A stretch of DNA of 64,000 bases, from the NCBI GenBank assembly GCA_965220965.1, contig OZ244852.1, positions 2,464,001 through 2,528,000 of the forward strand, given 5' to 3'. The translations under genes were made by a program, and so were the position numbers. The notes beneath the pieces were generated by a model. The model searched no databases. It was not told the DNA's origin and saw only the letters and a program-made list of their open reading frames with translations. Shown here piece by piece: positions 46,776 through 56,651 of this stretch. This stretch comes from Candidatus Marinacidobacterium sp. Lineage in GTDB: Bacteria > Acidobacteriota > Vicinamibacteria > Marinacidobacterales > Marinacidobacteraceae. Positions within the stretch are counted from its first letter, which is position 1. Each line of letters begins with the position of its first letter.

Positions 46776-48986
46776 TCAGAACGTCCGGAGCCAGGTCAGC
46801 TTGACCACTCCGGTGCGGCGGGTCCAGCGTTCGATTCGCGGGTCGAGATCGCCGTCGGTCAGGTAGCCGGTGTCCAGGACAACGAAAAGATCGCTGCCGG
46901 GGGTGTGGATCCAGTCCACCCGGATGTTCGCCTGGAGCTCGCGGGAGAAGTCGTCCCACTGGATCAGGGCGGCGGCGAAGAGCTTCCGGCTGACTGCGCC
47001 CTCGATGTTCAGCCCGACGAGCGTCGCGGTGAAGTCTCCGTTCGCGACAGGCAGCGAGACCTCGCTCCGGTCCACCTGCGCCCCCACGGTGAGGTGCGGT
47101 CCGGCATTCAGGCTGAAGCCGCCCCGGAGCGCGTTCCGCTCGCCCCCCCAGAACCCGCCGCCGGACGCCGAGGCGGAGACCGAGAAGACCCGGCTGTCGT
47201 TCGTGCGGCCCCCCGCCTCCCACGAGCGGAACTCGTAGTCGCCAGCGGGCAGGAGCCTCCCGCTGATCGCGGCCGGTTCGTAGAGCCGCTCGAAGCGGTC
47301 TTCCGCGGTCAGGAACAGCGAGTCGCCCGACTCGAAGGAGAACTGCGCATTCGCATCGAACGTCTCCGACTGGAGTTCACCGCTGGTTCCCCGGATCCGG
47401 GAGCCCCCGCCCCAGAGCGAGAACTGGCGCGCCCAGCCGCTCGATTCGAACCGCGGCTGGAACCCGCCCCACAGCGACCAGCGGTCCATGTCGCGCCGCC
47501 GGGAGAACCCGAGCGCCGGGTCGAAGTCCTTCCCCACGACCATGCGGCTGAGGCTCATTCCGTAGCGGTCGTTCTGGAGGTCGAGCTCCACCTCGCCGGC
47601 GCCGGCGCCCCAGCCGGCGTCCCCTGCTTCCCCCTCAGCCGGGGACTCCTGGAGGCGGGCCCCCCAGATGCGGAGCGCCGAGCTGCTCCAGAAGCGAGCG
47701 TTCAGATCCGCGCCGGCGGCCCGCCCCGATGCGCCATTTCCGTGGTCGAGACTGGTGGCGATGACTCCGGCGGTCGCTCGTTCTGTCAGGTTCATCTGGA
47801 CCCGAGCCACCGAATTCCACGCCGGCGGCGCGTCGTCGGCGCCTCCGGCGGTCCGGAGCGCGAGCGCGCCCACCGAAAAACGCCCCACCTGCCCGGTGAG
47901 TCGTCCGCCCCCCTGGATGTCGCTCTCGAGGCCGACCCGGCGACTGAAGAAGACCTCGGTTTCCCCGGGTTTGCCGAACTGGAAGAGCCCGGCGCGCTCG
48001 AGGAAGAACTCGCGCTTCTCCGGGTAGAAGAGGTTGAAGCGGGTCAGGTTGATCTGGACGTTGTCGCTCTCGACCTGCGCGAAGTCGGTGTTCCAGGTGA
48101 GGTCGAGCGTCAGGTTCGGGGTGATCCCGTACTTCAGGTCGGCCCCGCCGGTCGTCGTCCCGCTGAACGCGGAATCTCCGGAGAACCGCTGCGTTCCGAC
48201 GAGCCCGTAGGGCCGGATCTCGACGCGGCGGCCACGGCGGATGTTGCGGAGGCCTCGGAGCTCGGCGAACTGCGAGACCTGCGCGATGCCCGAGCGGTAG
48301 TCCTGGCCGATGTGCGGCCACAGGACCGTTTCGTTCTTCCGGCGAATCGAGCGCGAGAAGGCGATCCCCATGACGAGCGACTCCTCGTCGGGGAACCGGA
48401 TCGTGGTGAACGGGATCCTCATTTCGAGGACCCAGCCCTCCGGCGTGAGCCGGGTCTCGGTCGTGAACACCCCGTCCCAGTTCCAGTCCTCGCGGTCGAG
48501 CCGCTCGTCGGCGAGCAGCGCGTCATCCTGGGTTCCCAGCGCCCCGACCTCGAAGATGTAGGCGTTGCGCCGGTCGTGGTAGGTGTCGAGCGCGATGATG
48601 ACCCGGTCGTCCTTGTCGATCCGTCCGCCCCGGTGAAGGATGCTGCGGCGGATCCGGTCGGGCTCCGAGTCGAAGAACTTGAACCCGAAGTAGAGCGCCT
48701 GCTCATCAAAGGCGATGCGGACCTCGGTCCGCTCGCTGGCGGGCGCGCCGTCCACCGGATCCCGCTGGCGGAAACCGGTCACCGGTGGGATCCGCTCCCA
48801 GAACGGCTCGTCGAGCACGCCGTCCATCCGGGGCGGCGTCTCGATGCGGACAGCCTGGGCGACCGGCCGGTCCGCATCCTGGCCCGCTGCGGTGGCGGCC
48901 GCCGCGAAGCTGGCCACAAGCGCAGCCCCGGCGGCCCACCGCCGGAAGGAGCGCGTCGCGCCCGGAACTCGTCGCCGCGTCACCAT
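46776..48986 (-). CDS. CBM9-like + DUF5916-type outer-membrane protein
   Basis: DGVLDE..W, NTDFAQVE, NLTRF.LFYPEKREFFLE and FFSRRVG. C-terminal F. Confidence 0.85.
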   Translation of the reverse strand: MVTRRRVPGATRSFRRWAAGAALVASFAAAATAAGQDADRPVAQAVRIETPPRMDGVLDEPFWERIPPVTGFRQRDPVDGAPASERTEVRIAFDEQALYFGFKFFDSEPDRIRRSILHRGGRIDKDDRVIIALDTYHDRRNAYIFEVGALGTQDDALLADERLDREDWNWDGVFTTETRLTPEGWVLEMRIPFTTIRFPDEESLVMGIAFSRSIRRKNETVLWPHIGQDYRSGIAQVSQFAELRGLRNIRRGRRVEIRPYGLVGTQRFSGDSAFSGTTTGGADLKYGITPNLTLDLTWNTDFAQVESDNVQINLTRFNLFYPEKREFFLERAGLFQFGKPGETEVFFSRRVGLESDIQGGGRLTGQVGRFSVGALALRTAGGADDAPPAWNSVARVQMNLTERATAGVIATSLDHGNGASGRAAGADLNARFWSSSALRIWGARLQESPAEGEAGDAGWGAGAGEVELDLQNDRYGMSLSRMVVGKDFDPALGFSRRRDMDRWSLWGGFQPRFESSGWARQFSLWGGGSRIRGTSGELQSETFDANAQFSFESGDSLFLTAEDRFERLYEPAAISGRLLPAGDYEFRSWEAGGRTNDSRVFSVSASASGGGFWGGERNALRGGFSLNAGPHLTVGAQVDRSEVSLPVANGDFTATLVGLNIEGAVSRKLFAAALIQWDDFSRELQANIRVDWIHTPGSDLFVVLDTGYLTDGDLDPRIERWTRRTGVVKLTWLRTF

Positions 48987-49102
48987 TGCCGCGCGAAGGG
49001 TAGCGGGGGCGGCGCCGGCCTCTTCCTCGATGAATCGTGGCCCCCGGATTGCCTTCCGCGTTTCGAGCCGCGCCCGCCTGCGCGGCGAAAGGAAAACCGA
49101 CC

Positions 49103-50452
49103 ATGAAGGTCATCCGCCACATCCAACCGACGGGAGCCGATCCCGCTCCGCCGTCCCGCAGCCGCGTCCAGGGGTTCGGGTTCCTGATGGGCCTCATCGT
49201 CGCGCTGGCGTCGCTCGGCTGCGCCGGGAGCGAAGACACCGCCGCAGCTCCGACGGCGCCCTCCGATCCGACGGGCCCGTCGGCGCCCACGGACCCCACG
49301 GGACCCTTTGGCGTGGACGCCGGCTACGGCCGGCTCGTCCTGCCCGGCCAGTCGGTTCGCCTGCGGGCGACGGTTGCGGGAGGATCGGCTGCGTCCCTCG
49401 CGTGGACGCGGCTCGATGACGGCCCGGACGCGCCCATCACCGACGGCGGCGCGCTCGAGCCGACCGTTCTTCTCCCCACCGACCTGTCTTACGTGTTCCG
49501 CTTCGAGGTGACCGCGGTCTCGGCGGCCGGGGAGGAGGTGAAGGACACGACGTGGATCGAAAGCCGGCGACCGGGCGCTGCGGACCCGGACGATCTGACG
49601 GCGCTTGCGGACTTTTCGGCGCGGACCGGATGGGCGTGCGACCAGGATCCGGTCGCGGCGCCGGAAGTTGAGATCCAGGAGCTGACGGAGACGATCGCGT
49701 TCACCTCGAACGGGATTCCGCCTCACGCGACCGGGACGTTCCCCAACCCGGGCAACCCGAACCCGATCGCGGCGGGCCCCCTCGAGACGTGGCGGGTTCC
49801 GAGAACCCCGGTCAAAACCGCCGTCGCCACCGAGATGGCGGAGTTTGGCGTGACGCTCGCCGGCATCAAGCTCGACCGCGACACCGGGGAGAGCTACCAG
49901 AACCAGCGCCGCTGGAACTACGAGGCGCTGACTCCGGGGATGGCGCTCGAGCTCACCGGGGGCGCGCGTCACTCCTGGCTGGGCAGCGACTGCAACAACG
50001 CCCACGTCCAGCCGGGCGGCGCCTACCACTACCACGGGCCGCCGGCGGCCTACGCCCGCGAGCTCGCCGGTGGTGGGGAGTTCGAGGACATGGTCCTGCT
50101 CGGCTACGCCGCGGACGGTTTCCCCTTCTACTACCTGTACGGCTACGAGGATCCAATGGATCCAGAGAGCGGGCTCGTGGCGCTCGAAGCGAGCTGGGGC
50201 CTGCGCGAAGGGCTGCGCGACAGCGATCCGGGGGGCCCCTACGACGGCAGCTTCCGGGAGGACTGGGTCCACATACCCGGGTCCGGCGATCTGGACGAGT
50301 GCGGCGGCCGGTTCGGAGTCACCCCGGAGTTCCCCGAGGGCGCGTACCACTACTACCTGACGCTCGACTATCCCTACGTGCCGCGGTGCGTCTTCGGGAC
50401 GCCGGACCCCTCGTTCCGTCGCCGCGGCCCGGGTGGCCCGCCTCCGGGATAG
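49103..50452 (+). CDS. YHYH-domain lipoprotein
   Basis: Motifs SNGIP.H, D.NNAH, YHYHG, GYAADGFP, DLDECGG and YHYY. Lipobox SLGC. Confidence 0.87.
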   Translation: MKVIRHIQPTGADPAPPSRSRVQGFGFLMGLIVALASLGCAGSEDTAAAPTAPSDPTGPSAPTDPTGPFGVDAGYGRLVLPGQSVRLRATVAGGSAASLAWTRLDDGPDAPITDGGALEPTVLLPTDLSYVFRFEVTAVSAAGEEVKDTTWIESRRPGAADPDDLTALADFSARTGWACDQDPVAAPEVEIQELTETIAFTSNGIPPHATGTFPNPGNPNPIAAGPLETWRVPRTPVKTAVATEMAEFGVTLAGIKLDRDTGESYQNQRRWNYEALTPGMALELTGGARHSWLGSDCNNAHVQPGGAYHYHGPPAAYARELAGGGEFEDMVLLGYAADGFPFYYLYGYEDPMDPESGLVALEASWGLREGLRDSDPGGPYDGSFREDWVHIPGSGDLDECGGRFGVTPEFPEGAYHYYLTLDYPYVPRCVFGTPDPSFRRRGPGGPPPG

Positions 50453-50484
50453 GCGCCGACTCGCGAGGCTCGTAGAGTCGCGCC

Positions 50485-51171
50485 ATGGTCATCTACTGTG
50501 CGGACATCGGGTCGATCCAAGGCAAGAAATTCGGTTGGGCGAGGCTCTCTCCGACATCCGATGGGCAGGAAGAAAGCAAGGAACAGGGGACGTGCATCGA
50601 AGCTCTTGCGGGTCGTGTGGCCGAGGATCTCCGGAAGGGCCGACGCGTGGCGCTCGGCTTCGAGTGCCCGCTGTGGGTGCCCGTGGCCCGCAACTGCGAT
50701 CCAGACTCTTTGACCAAGGGCCGATGCGGAGACAAGAATCGCCCTTGGTCGGCGGCGGCGGGAGCGACTTCGCTGGCGACGGGACTGACGGAGGTCACCT
50801 GGGTCCTGAATCGGGTTCGTGAGTGTCTGGGTAACACATCAACGGAGGTCAAGCCCTTCCTCTGCTGGGAGTGCTTCTGGCAGGAGGAGCGGGGGCTGTT
50901 CCTCTGGGAGGCGATGGTGACCGGCAAGGCCAAAGCCACGGAGCAAGTCGGCAAGCTGACTCTGCATCAGCAGGACGCCTGGACGGCCGTCTGTGCTTTC
51001 GCCGAGGCTGGACGCGAACTCGCAACCGACGTGCACCCCTCCGAGCGCACGCTTTCGCTCATCGGCGCCGCTCTGCTCTGGTCCGACTGGTCGGAGAATG
51101 TGAACCTTCTGCGCGAACCCTGCGTCGTCGTGCGCCCCGAGCGCAAATGCTCGCAAGAGGGCGCGGGCTGA
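50485..51171 (+). CDS. Hypothetical protein, possible RNase H-fold (DUF429-like) nuclease
   Basis: Pattern hhhhDIGS...GWA, ALGFECP, WEA and H..DA. Composition is visibly less GC-rich than its neighbours. Confidence 0.55.
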   Translation: MVIYCADIGSIQGKKFGWARLSPTSDGQEESKEQGTCIEALAGRVAEDLRKGRRVALGFECPLWVPVARNCDPDSLTKGRCGDKNRPWSAAAGATSLATGLTEVTWVLNRVRECLGNTSTEVKPFLCWECFWQEERGLFLWEAMVTGKAKATEQVGKLTLHQQDAWTAVCAFAEAGRELATDVHPSERTLSLIGAALLWSDWSENVNLLREPCVVVRPERKCSQEGAG

Positions 51172-51188
51172 ACGACCGCGACCGATCT

Positions 51189-51242
51189 TTGACATCTTCT
51201 TTGGCGCCCTGGCTGACCATCCTGTCGCCGGCGCAAGACGGG
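51189..51242 (+). repeat. 54-bp intergenic repeat, copy A
   Basis: 49/54 identical to 51932-51985. Confidence 0.85.
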
Positions 51243-51289
51243 TTCTGGGGGCGGCAACGGCGCCCCGTCCCGCGGCCGATACTTTCGGC

Positions 51290-51826
51290 ATGACCTCCCC
51301 CAACCACGATCTCCGCTATCCGATAGGGCCGTTTTCGCCGGGAGGCCCGGTCGACCCGGACCGGGTCGCCACCTGGATCGCCGACATCGCGGCGCTGCCA
51401 GCCAACCTGCGGCGCACCGTCTCTCCGCTGACCGAAAGTCAGCTCGACACGCCGTACCGACCTGGTGGCTGGACGGTTCGGCAGGTCGTCCACCACCTGG
51501 CCGACAGCCACATGAACAGCTTCATCCGGTTCAAGTGGGCCCTGACGGAGGATCGCCCGGTCATCAAGGACTACGACGAGAAAGGCTGGAGCGAGCTGCC
51601 GGACGCCTGGGGCCCGATCGAGCCCTCGCTCGACCTTGTCGAGGGCCTTCACGGCCGCTGGGTCAGCCTGCTGAGCAACCTGAGCTGGTCCCGACTGCAG
51701 CGGGAGTTCGTGCACCCCGAGTCCGGTCCGTCGATCCTCGCCGCCACCGCGGGGGTCTATTCCTGGCACGGCCGCCATCACCTCGCGCACATCACCCGCC
51801 TGATCGAAAGGGAGGGATGGGCGTGA
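51290..51826 (+). CDS. yfiT: YfiT/BstA DinB-family thiol transferase
   Basis: Motifs LRYPIG, DTPYRPGGWTVRQVVHHLADSHMN and WHGRHHLAHI. Confidence 0.93.
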   Translation: MTSPNHDLRYPIGPFSPGGPVDPDRVATWIADIAALPANLRRTVSPLTESQLDTPYRPGGWTVRQVVHHLADSHMNSFIRFKWALTEDRPVIKDYDEKGWSELPDAWGPIEPSLDLVEGLHGRWVSLLSNLSWSRLQREFVHPESGPSILAATAGVYSWHGRHHLAHITRLIEREGWA

Positions 51827-51931
51827 AGTGCGGCGCCGTCCTTGACGCGTTCTCTGGCGCCCAATATGTCGCCGTAACCCTTTGACACCAGATGAGTTGT
51901 CGAGAATACGCGCCGTTATCTGACACGATAC

Positions 51932-51985
51932 TTGACACCTTGTTTGGCGCCCTGTCTGACCATCCTGCCGCCGGCGCCAGACGGG
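51932..51985 (+). repeat. 54-bp intergenic repeat, copy B
   Basis: Direct repeat of 51189-51242. A partial third copy lies at 51842-51862. Confidence 0.85.
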
Positions 51986-52072
51986 GCTCGCACCAGCGCC
52001 AGTAGCGCACCGCCGAACGCGTTCGGCGGTAGGATCGGCTCCCCCGCCGGCGCCTCGCGCCGGGATGGAGTG

Positions 52073-52759
52073 ATGTCCATGTCCCCGAAACGATTCCTCG
52101 CGTTCCCGCTCCTGCTCCTGGTGGCCGCCGCCGTCGCCTGCGGCCCCGGCGAGCCGCCCGCTGAAGAAGCGCCCGCTCCGGAACCGGAGGCCGCCGAGGA
52201 GACCGTTCTCGTCACCTTCGAGACCGCGATGGGGGAGGTCGAGGTCGAGCTCTATCCCGAGCGGGCGCCGCTCTCGGTGGCGCAGTTCCTCCGCTACGTG
52301 GACGGGGCGCACTACGACGGCGCCAGCTTCTACCGGGCGACCCGCACCGCCGACGGGCACTCCTTCGACATCGTGCAGGGCGGCCGCAGCCGGATGCCCA
52401 TGCTCACCGGGGAGGACCCCCCGGGCGAGCCGCCGTTCCCGCCGATCCCCCACGAGACGACGCACCAGACCGGGATGCGGAACGAACGCGGCGTGCTGTC
52501 CTACGCCCGCCGGGACCCGGGAACCGCGAACTCGGAGTTCTTCTTCAACCTCGGCGACAGCTCCATCCTGAACACCGATGAGGGCGGCCCGGACCGCGAC
52601 GGCTTCGGCTACGCCACCTTCGGGCGGGTCGTGAGCGGGATCGAAGTCCTCGACTCGATCCAGGTTCTCCCGACGAACGCCCCGACCGACAACGAAGTCG
52701 TGCAGGGGCAGATCCTCGACGAGCCGGTCCGGATCCTCACGATCCGGCGCAGCGGCTGA
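52073..52759 (+). CDS. Cyclophilin-type PPIase lipoprotein
   Basis: Motifs AP..VAQFL.YV, FYR, VQGG, SYAR, A.SEFFFN and YATFGRVV.G. Confidence 0.9.
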   Translation: MSMSPKRFLAFPLLLLVAAAVACGPGEPPAEEAPAPEPEAAEETVLVTFETAMGEVEVELYPERAPLSVAQFLRYVDGAHYDGASFYRATRTADGHSFDIVQGGRSRMPMLTGEDPPGEPPFPPIPHETTHQTGMRNERGVLSYARRDPGTANSEFFFNLGDSSILNTDEGGPDRDGFGYATFGRVVSGIEVLDSIQVLPTNAPTDNEVVQGQILDEPVRILTIRRSG

Positions 52760-52770
52760 GTCGCCTCCCG

Positions 52771-53670
52771 GTGCGGCCGCCCGCCGGATGCCGGCGTGAG
52801 CGGTCGCGTCTGGTCGCTCCGCTCATCGTCGCCGGGGCGCTGACCGGCTGCGGCGGTTCGCCGGATGCGGGGGCGCCTCGCGAGGGTCCCGCCACCCGGA
52901 TCGTCAGCCTCGACTACTGCGCGGACCAGTACGTCCTCGGGCTGGCGGACCGGGACCGGATCGCCGCGCTCTCGCCCGACTCCCGGGCGTCCTTTTCCTA
53001 TCTGCGGGACGAGGCCGAGGGCCTCCCGCAGGTTCGCCCGGTGGCCGAAGAGGTGCTCGCGCTCGAGCCCGATCTCGTCGTGCGGTCCTACGGCGGCGGG
53101 CCGCAGGCCGCGCACTTCTTCCGACGCGCCGGGGTCCCGGTGGCGCAGCTCGGATTCGCGAGCGACTTCGACGGGATCCGGCGCGTCGTGCGCGAGACCG
53201 CAGCGGCGCTCGGCGTCCCGGCCAGGGCGGAGACGCTGATCTCGGACATGGACGCCCGGCTCGCCCGGGTGGCGGCGGACCGCAGCCCCGGCCCGGATCC
53301 CGAGGCCTTCTACATCACCGCCGGCGGCGCCACCGCCGGCGCGGACACCGTCGTGGACGAGCTGTTCGCCGCCGCCGGTCTCCGGAACTTCCAGACGGCG
53401 CCCGGCTACCGGGAGATCCCGCTGGAACGGCTGGCCTACGAACGGCCGGAGCTCATGGCGCCGGCGTTCTACGAAGACGAGGGCGCCCTCGCCATGCCCT
53501 GGAGTCCTTCCCGCCATTCGGTGGCGCGGCGGGCCCTCGCGGAGCTTCCCGGGGTCGCGCTCGACGGCGCGTGGATGGCGTGCCGCGGATGGTTCCTGCT
53601 CGATGCGGTGGAAGCCCTCGCCGACGGGCGGCGGGCGTTGGGGGAAGCGAACGTCCCGCAGGGCCGGTGA
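52771..53670 (+). CDS. BtuF/FecB-type ABC substrate-binding lipoprotein
   Basis: RIVSLDYCADQ and AEEVLALEPDLV motifs. Lipobox LTGC. Confidence 0.85.
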   Translation: MRPPAGCRRERSRLVAPLIVAGALTGCGGSPDAGAPREGPATRIVSLDYCADQYVLGLADRDRIAALSPDSRASFSYLRDEAEGLPQVRPVAEEVLALEPDLVVRSYGGGPQAAHFFRRAGVPVAQLGFASDFDGIRRVVRETAAALGVPARAETLISDMDARLARVAADRSPGPDPEAFYITAGGATAGADTVVDELFAAAGLRNFQTAPGYREIPLERLAYERPELMAPAFYEDEGALAMPWSPSRHSVARRALAELPGVALDGAWMACRGWFLLDAVEALADGRRALGEANVPQGR

Positions 53671-54677
53671 CCGGCGTCCCTGGAGAGCGTCCGGGCCGGG
53701 TCCTCGTTCCGGTCCTCGCCGCCGCCGCCGTCCTCGCGCTGCTGCTCGCCTGCCTGCTCGGGCCGACAGCGCTTTCGTGGGACCGCGCGTTCTCGGCGCT
53801 GCTCGGCGGTGGGTCGCCCGGGGACCGGATCGTGGTCCTGGACATCCGCTTGCCCCGGGCGCTCGCCGCCCTTCTTACCGGCGCGGCGCTCGGGACGAGC
53901 GGGGCGGCGCTCCAGGGCCTCTTCCGGAATCCCCTCGCCGAACCCGGCGTGCTGGGCGTCTCGGCGTGCTCCGCGCTCTTCGCCACCGGGAGCCTCTATT
54001 TCGGGCTGGCGCCGCTGGGCGGCTACATCCTGCCCGCCGCCGCGATCCTCGGGGCGCTCGCCGCGACCGCCGCCATCGCGTTCGCCGCCTCCCGCACCGG
54101 TTCCGCGCTCACCCTGATCCTCGTCGGCGTCGGCATTTCGAGCTTCGCCGGCGCTCTCATGGCGCTCCTCACGAACCTGACCCCGAATCCGTTCTCGCTC
54201 GCCGACCTCGTTACGTGGATGCTCGGCTCCGTCGCCAACCGGAGCCTCGATGATCTCGCGCTGGCGGCGCCGTTCCTCGCCGCCGGTCTGGCCCTGCTCT
54301 TCGCTTCGGCCCGCGGGCTCTCGGCGCTGACCCTCGGCGAGGAGGCCGCCGTCGGCGCGGGGCTCGATCTGCGTCGCCAGCGGCTCGCGGTGGTCATCGG
54401 GGCCGGACTCGCCACCGGCGCGGCGGTGGCGATCGCCGGCGTCATCGGGTTCGTGGGGATCGTGGCGCCCCATCTGGTGCGGCCGCGTGTCGGACACGAT
54501 CCCGCGCGCAGCCTGCTGCCTTCGGCTCTCCTCGGCGGCCTCGTGCTCGTTCTCGCCGACACCGCCGCAAGGACCGCCCCCACCACGACGGAACTCAGGC
54601 TGGGAGTCGTCGCCGCGATCCTCGGCGCGCCGGTCTTCATCTGGATCGTGGCCCGCCGACGGACGGTCCATGTCTGA
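53667..54677 (+). CDS. BtuC/FecCD-type ABC permease
   Basis: Motifs RLPR, LQGLFRNPLAEP, W.LGS and GVIGFVG.VAPH. Confidence 0.92.
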   Translation: MTGVPGERPGRVLVPVLAAAAVLALLLACLLGPTALSWDRAFSALLGGGSPGDRIVVLDIRLPRALAALLTGAALGTSGAALQGLFRNPLAEPGVLGVSACSALFATGSLYFGLAPLGGYILPAAAILGALAATAAIAFAASRTGSALTLILVGVGISSFAGALMALLTNLTPNPFSLADLVTWMLGSVANRSLDDLALAAPFLAAGLALLFASARGLSALTLGEEAAVGAGLDLRRQRLAVVIGAGLATGAAVAIAGVIGFVGIVAPHLVRPRVGHDPARSLLPSALLGGLVLVLADTAARTAPTTTELRLGVVAAILGAPVFIWIVARRRTVHV

Positions 54678-55530
54678 ACTCCGTCTCGAGCGCCTGACCG
54701 CGGTCCCTGGCGGCCGGCGCGGCGCGCCCCCGGCGGTCCGCGACGCGACCCTCGGCGTGCGGCCGAAGGAACTGGTGGCGCTCCTCGGTCCGAACGGAGC
54801 GGGGAAGACGACGCTCCTTCGCGCCGCCCTCGGCCTGATCCCCCGGGAAGGCGGAAGCGTCCGGCTCGGAGGGGACGACCCCGCCCGCCTGTCTCCCCGC
54901 GAGCGGGCGCTCCGGGCAGCCTACCTGCCCCAGCGGCGTCCGCTCGAGTGGCCGAACCGGGTCCGGGACCTCGTCGCCCTCGGCCGGTTCGCCCACGGAG
55001 GGGCGCCGGGCCGCCTCGGTTCTGCGGATGCGGCGGCGGTGGAGCGGGCGCTCGACGACTGCGGCCTCCGCGTACTCGCGGACCGCGCCGCCGACACCCT
55101 GTCCGGCGGCGAACTGGCCCGGGTCCACTGCGCCCGGGTGTTCGCCGCCGGGACGCCGCTGCTTCTCGCCGACGAGCCCACCGCGGAGCTCGATCCCCTT
55201 CATCAGCACCGCGTCCTTGCGCTGATCCGCCGGTTCGTGGACGACGGCGGAGGGGCGTTGATCGTCCTCCACGAAATCAGTCTCGCCGCCCGCTACGCCG
55301 ACCGCCTGGTCTGGATGCGCGATGGCGAGGTCCTCGCCGACGGGCCTCCGCGCGCCGCGCTCACGTCGGAAGCGGTCGCGGCCTGCTACGGCGTCGAGGC
55401 CGATGTGACGTGGCGGAACGGGCGTCCGGTGGTGGATCTGGGAGGCCCGCTCCCGGAGGCTGCGGGCGCCGACGACCCCTCGCCGGACGGTCGCGGACGG
55501 GCGCCGGGCGAGGCCCCGACCGCCGGGTAG
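54670..55530 (+). CDS. BtuD/FecE-type ABC ATPase
   Basis: Motifs GPNGAGKT, LSGGE, ADEPT and LH. Confidence 0.9.
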   Translation: MSELRLERLTAVPGGRRGAPPAVRDATLGVRPKELVALLGPNGAGKTTLLRAALGLIPREGGSVRLGGDDPARLSPRERALRAAYLPQRRPLEWPNRVRDLVALGRFAHGGAPGRLGSADAAAVERALDDCGLRVLADRAADTLSGGELARVHCARVFAAGTPLLLADEPTAELDPLHQHRVLALIRRFVDDGGGALIVLHEISLAARYADRLVWMRDGEVLADGPPRAALTSEAVAACYGVEADVTWRNGRPVVDLGGPLPEAAGADDPSPDGRGRAPGEAPTAG

Positions 55531-55544
55531 ACTGCCTCCCCGGG

Positions 55545-56651
55545 ATGCCTGACGACGCTCCGTTCGCCGCGTTCGAGGGCGTCACCAAGAGCTACGACGG
55601 CCGGACGCTCGTCGTGGACGGGCTCGATCTCGAGGTGCGGCGGGGCGAGTTCCTGACGCTGCTCGGCCCCTCCGGGTCGGGCAAGACGACCTGCCTCATG
55701 ATGCTCGCGGGGTTCGAGTCCCCCACCTCGGGCGTGATCCGGCTCCGCGGGCGGCCGATCGGGGATGTCCCTCCCAGGGAGCGCGGGATCGGCATGGTGT
55801 TCCAGAACTACGCCCTGTTCCCGCACCTGACGGTGGGCCAGAACCTCTCGTTCCCGCTCGAGGTCCGGAACCTCGAGCCCGAAGCGCGGCGCGAGCGGGT
55901 CGCCCGGGCGCTGAGCCTCGTCCGGCTCGACGGCTACGAGTCCCGCCGTCCCTCCGAGCTCTCCGGCGGGCAGCAGCAGCGCGTCGCGATCGCCCGCGCG
56001 CTGGTGTTCAAGCCCGATCTCGTGCTCATGGACGAGCCGCTCGGCGCGCTGGACCGGCGGCTGCGCGAAGAGCTCCAGTACGAGATCCGCCAGATCCAGC
56101 GGGCCCTCGGGGTGACGTTCCTCTACGTGACCCACGACCAGCAGGAGGCGATGGTCCTTTCCGACCGGGTCGCCGTCTTCCAGGACGGCCGCCTCCAGCA
56201 GATCGCCTCTCCCGAAGGGCTCTACGAGGAGCCGACCGGCGCCTTCGTGGCCAGGTTCATCGGGGAGAACAACGGGCTGCAGGGACGGATCGAGGCGGTG
56301 GACGGGGCGCTTTGCGACGTGCGCGTCGGCGAAGAGCTCGTGCGGGCGCTCCGGGTGGCCGAACTCGGCGTCGGCGACGCCACGACGCTCTCGATCCGCC
56401 CCGAACGCGTGCAGCTCGCCCCGAAGTCCGATGTCCCCTCGAACCGGTTCGAGGGCCGGGTGGAGGACCTCACCTTCCTCGGCGACCACATCCGGGTCGT
56501 CGTGCGGGTGCTGGGCCGTGACGACTTCATCGTCAAGATCCCGAACACCGTCGGGCACGGCGCGGTGATCCCGGGGGACGTCGTCCGGATCGGCTGGACC
56601 CCGACCGACTGCCGCGCGCTCGATGCCGAGCTCCAGGAGGAGACCGCATGA
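55545..56651 (+). CDS. PotA-type ABC ATPase with TOBE domain
   Basis: Motifs GPSGSGKT, VFQNYALFPH, LSGGQQQR and DEPLGALD. Confidence 0.92.
   Translation: MPDDAPFAAFEGVTKSYDGRTLVVDGLDLEVRRGEFLTLLGPSGSGKTTCLMMLAGFESPTSGVIRLRGRPIGDVPPRERGIGMVFQNYALFPHLTVGQNLSFPLEVRNLEPEARRERVARALSLVRLDGYESRRPSELSGGQQQRVAIARALVFKPDLVLMDEPLGALDRRLREELQYEIRQIQRALGVTFLYVTHDQQEAMVLSDRVAVFQDGRLQQIASPEGLYEEPTGAFVARFIGENNGLQGRIEAVDGALCDVRVGEELVRALRVAELGVGDATTLSIRPERVQLAPKSDVPSNRFEGRVEDLTFLGDHIRVVVRVLGRDDFIVKIPNTVGHGAVIPGDVVRIGWTPTDCRALDAELQEETA

Noticed and set aside
46744-46787. Three short imperfect repeats (ggc(t/c)cagaa...cc) at the end of the DUF5916-type gene
   Set aside because: Too short and degenerate. Probably a local slippage duplication with no evident function.
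51172-52070. Classical integron attC sites or a cobalamin riboswitch ahead of the Btu-type operon
   Set aside because: No clear RYYYAAC...GTTRRRY inverted structure, no integrase, and no recognisable B12-box.
23531-52759. All three PPIase families (FKBP, parvulin, cyclophilin) in one window
   Set aside because: The genes are dispersed in separate operons, so this is probably coincidence.
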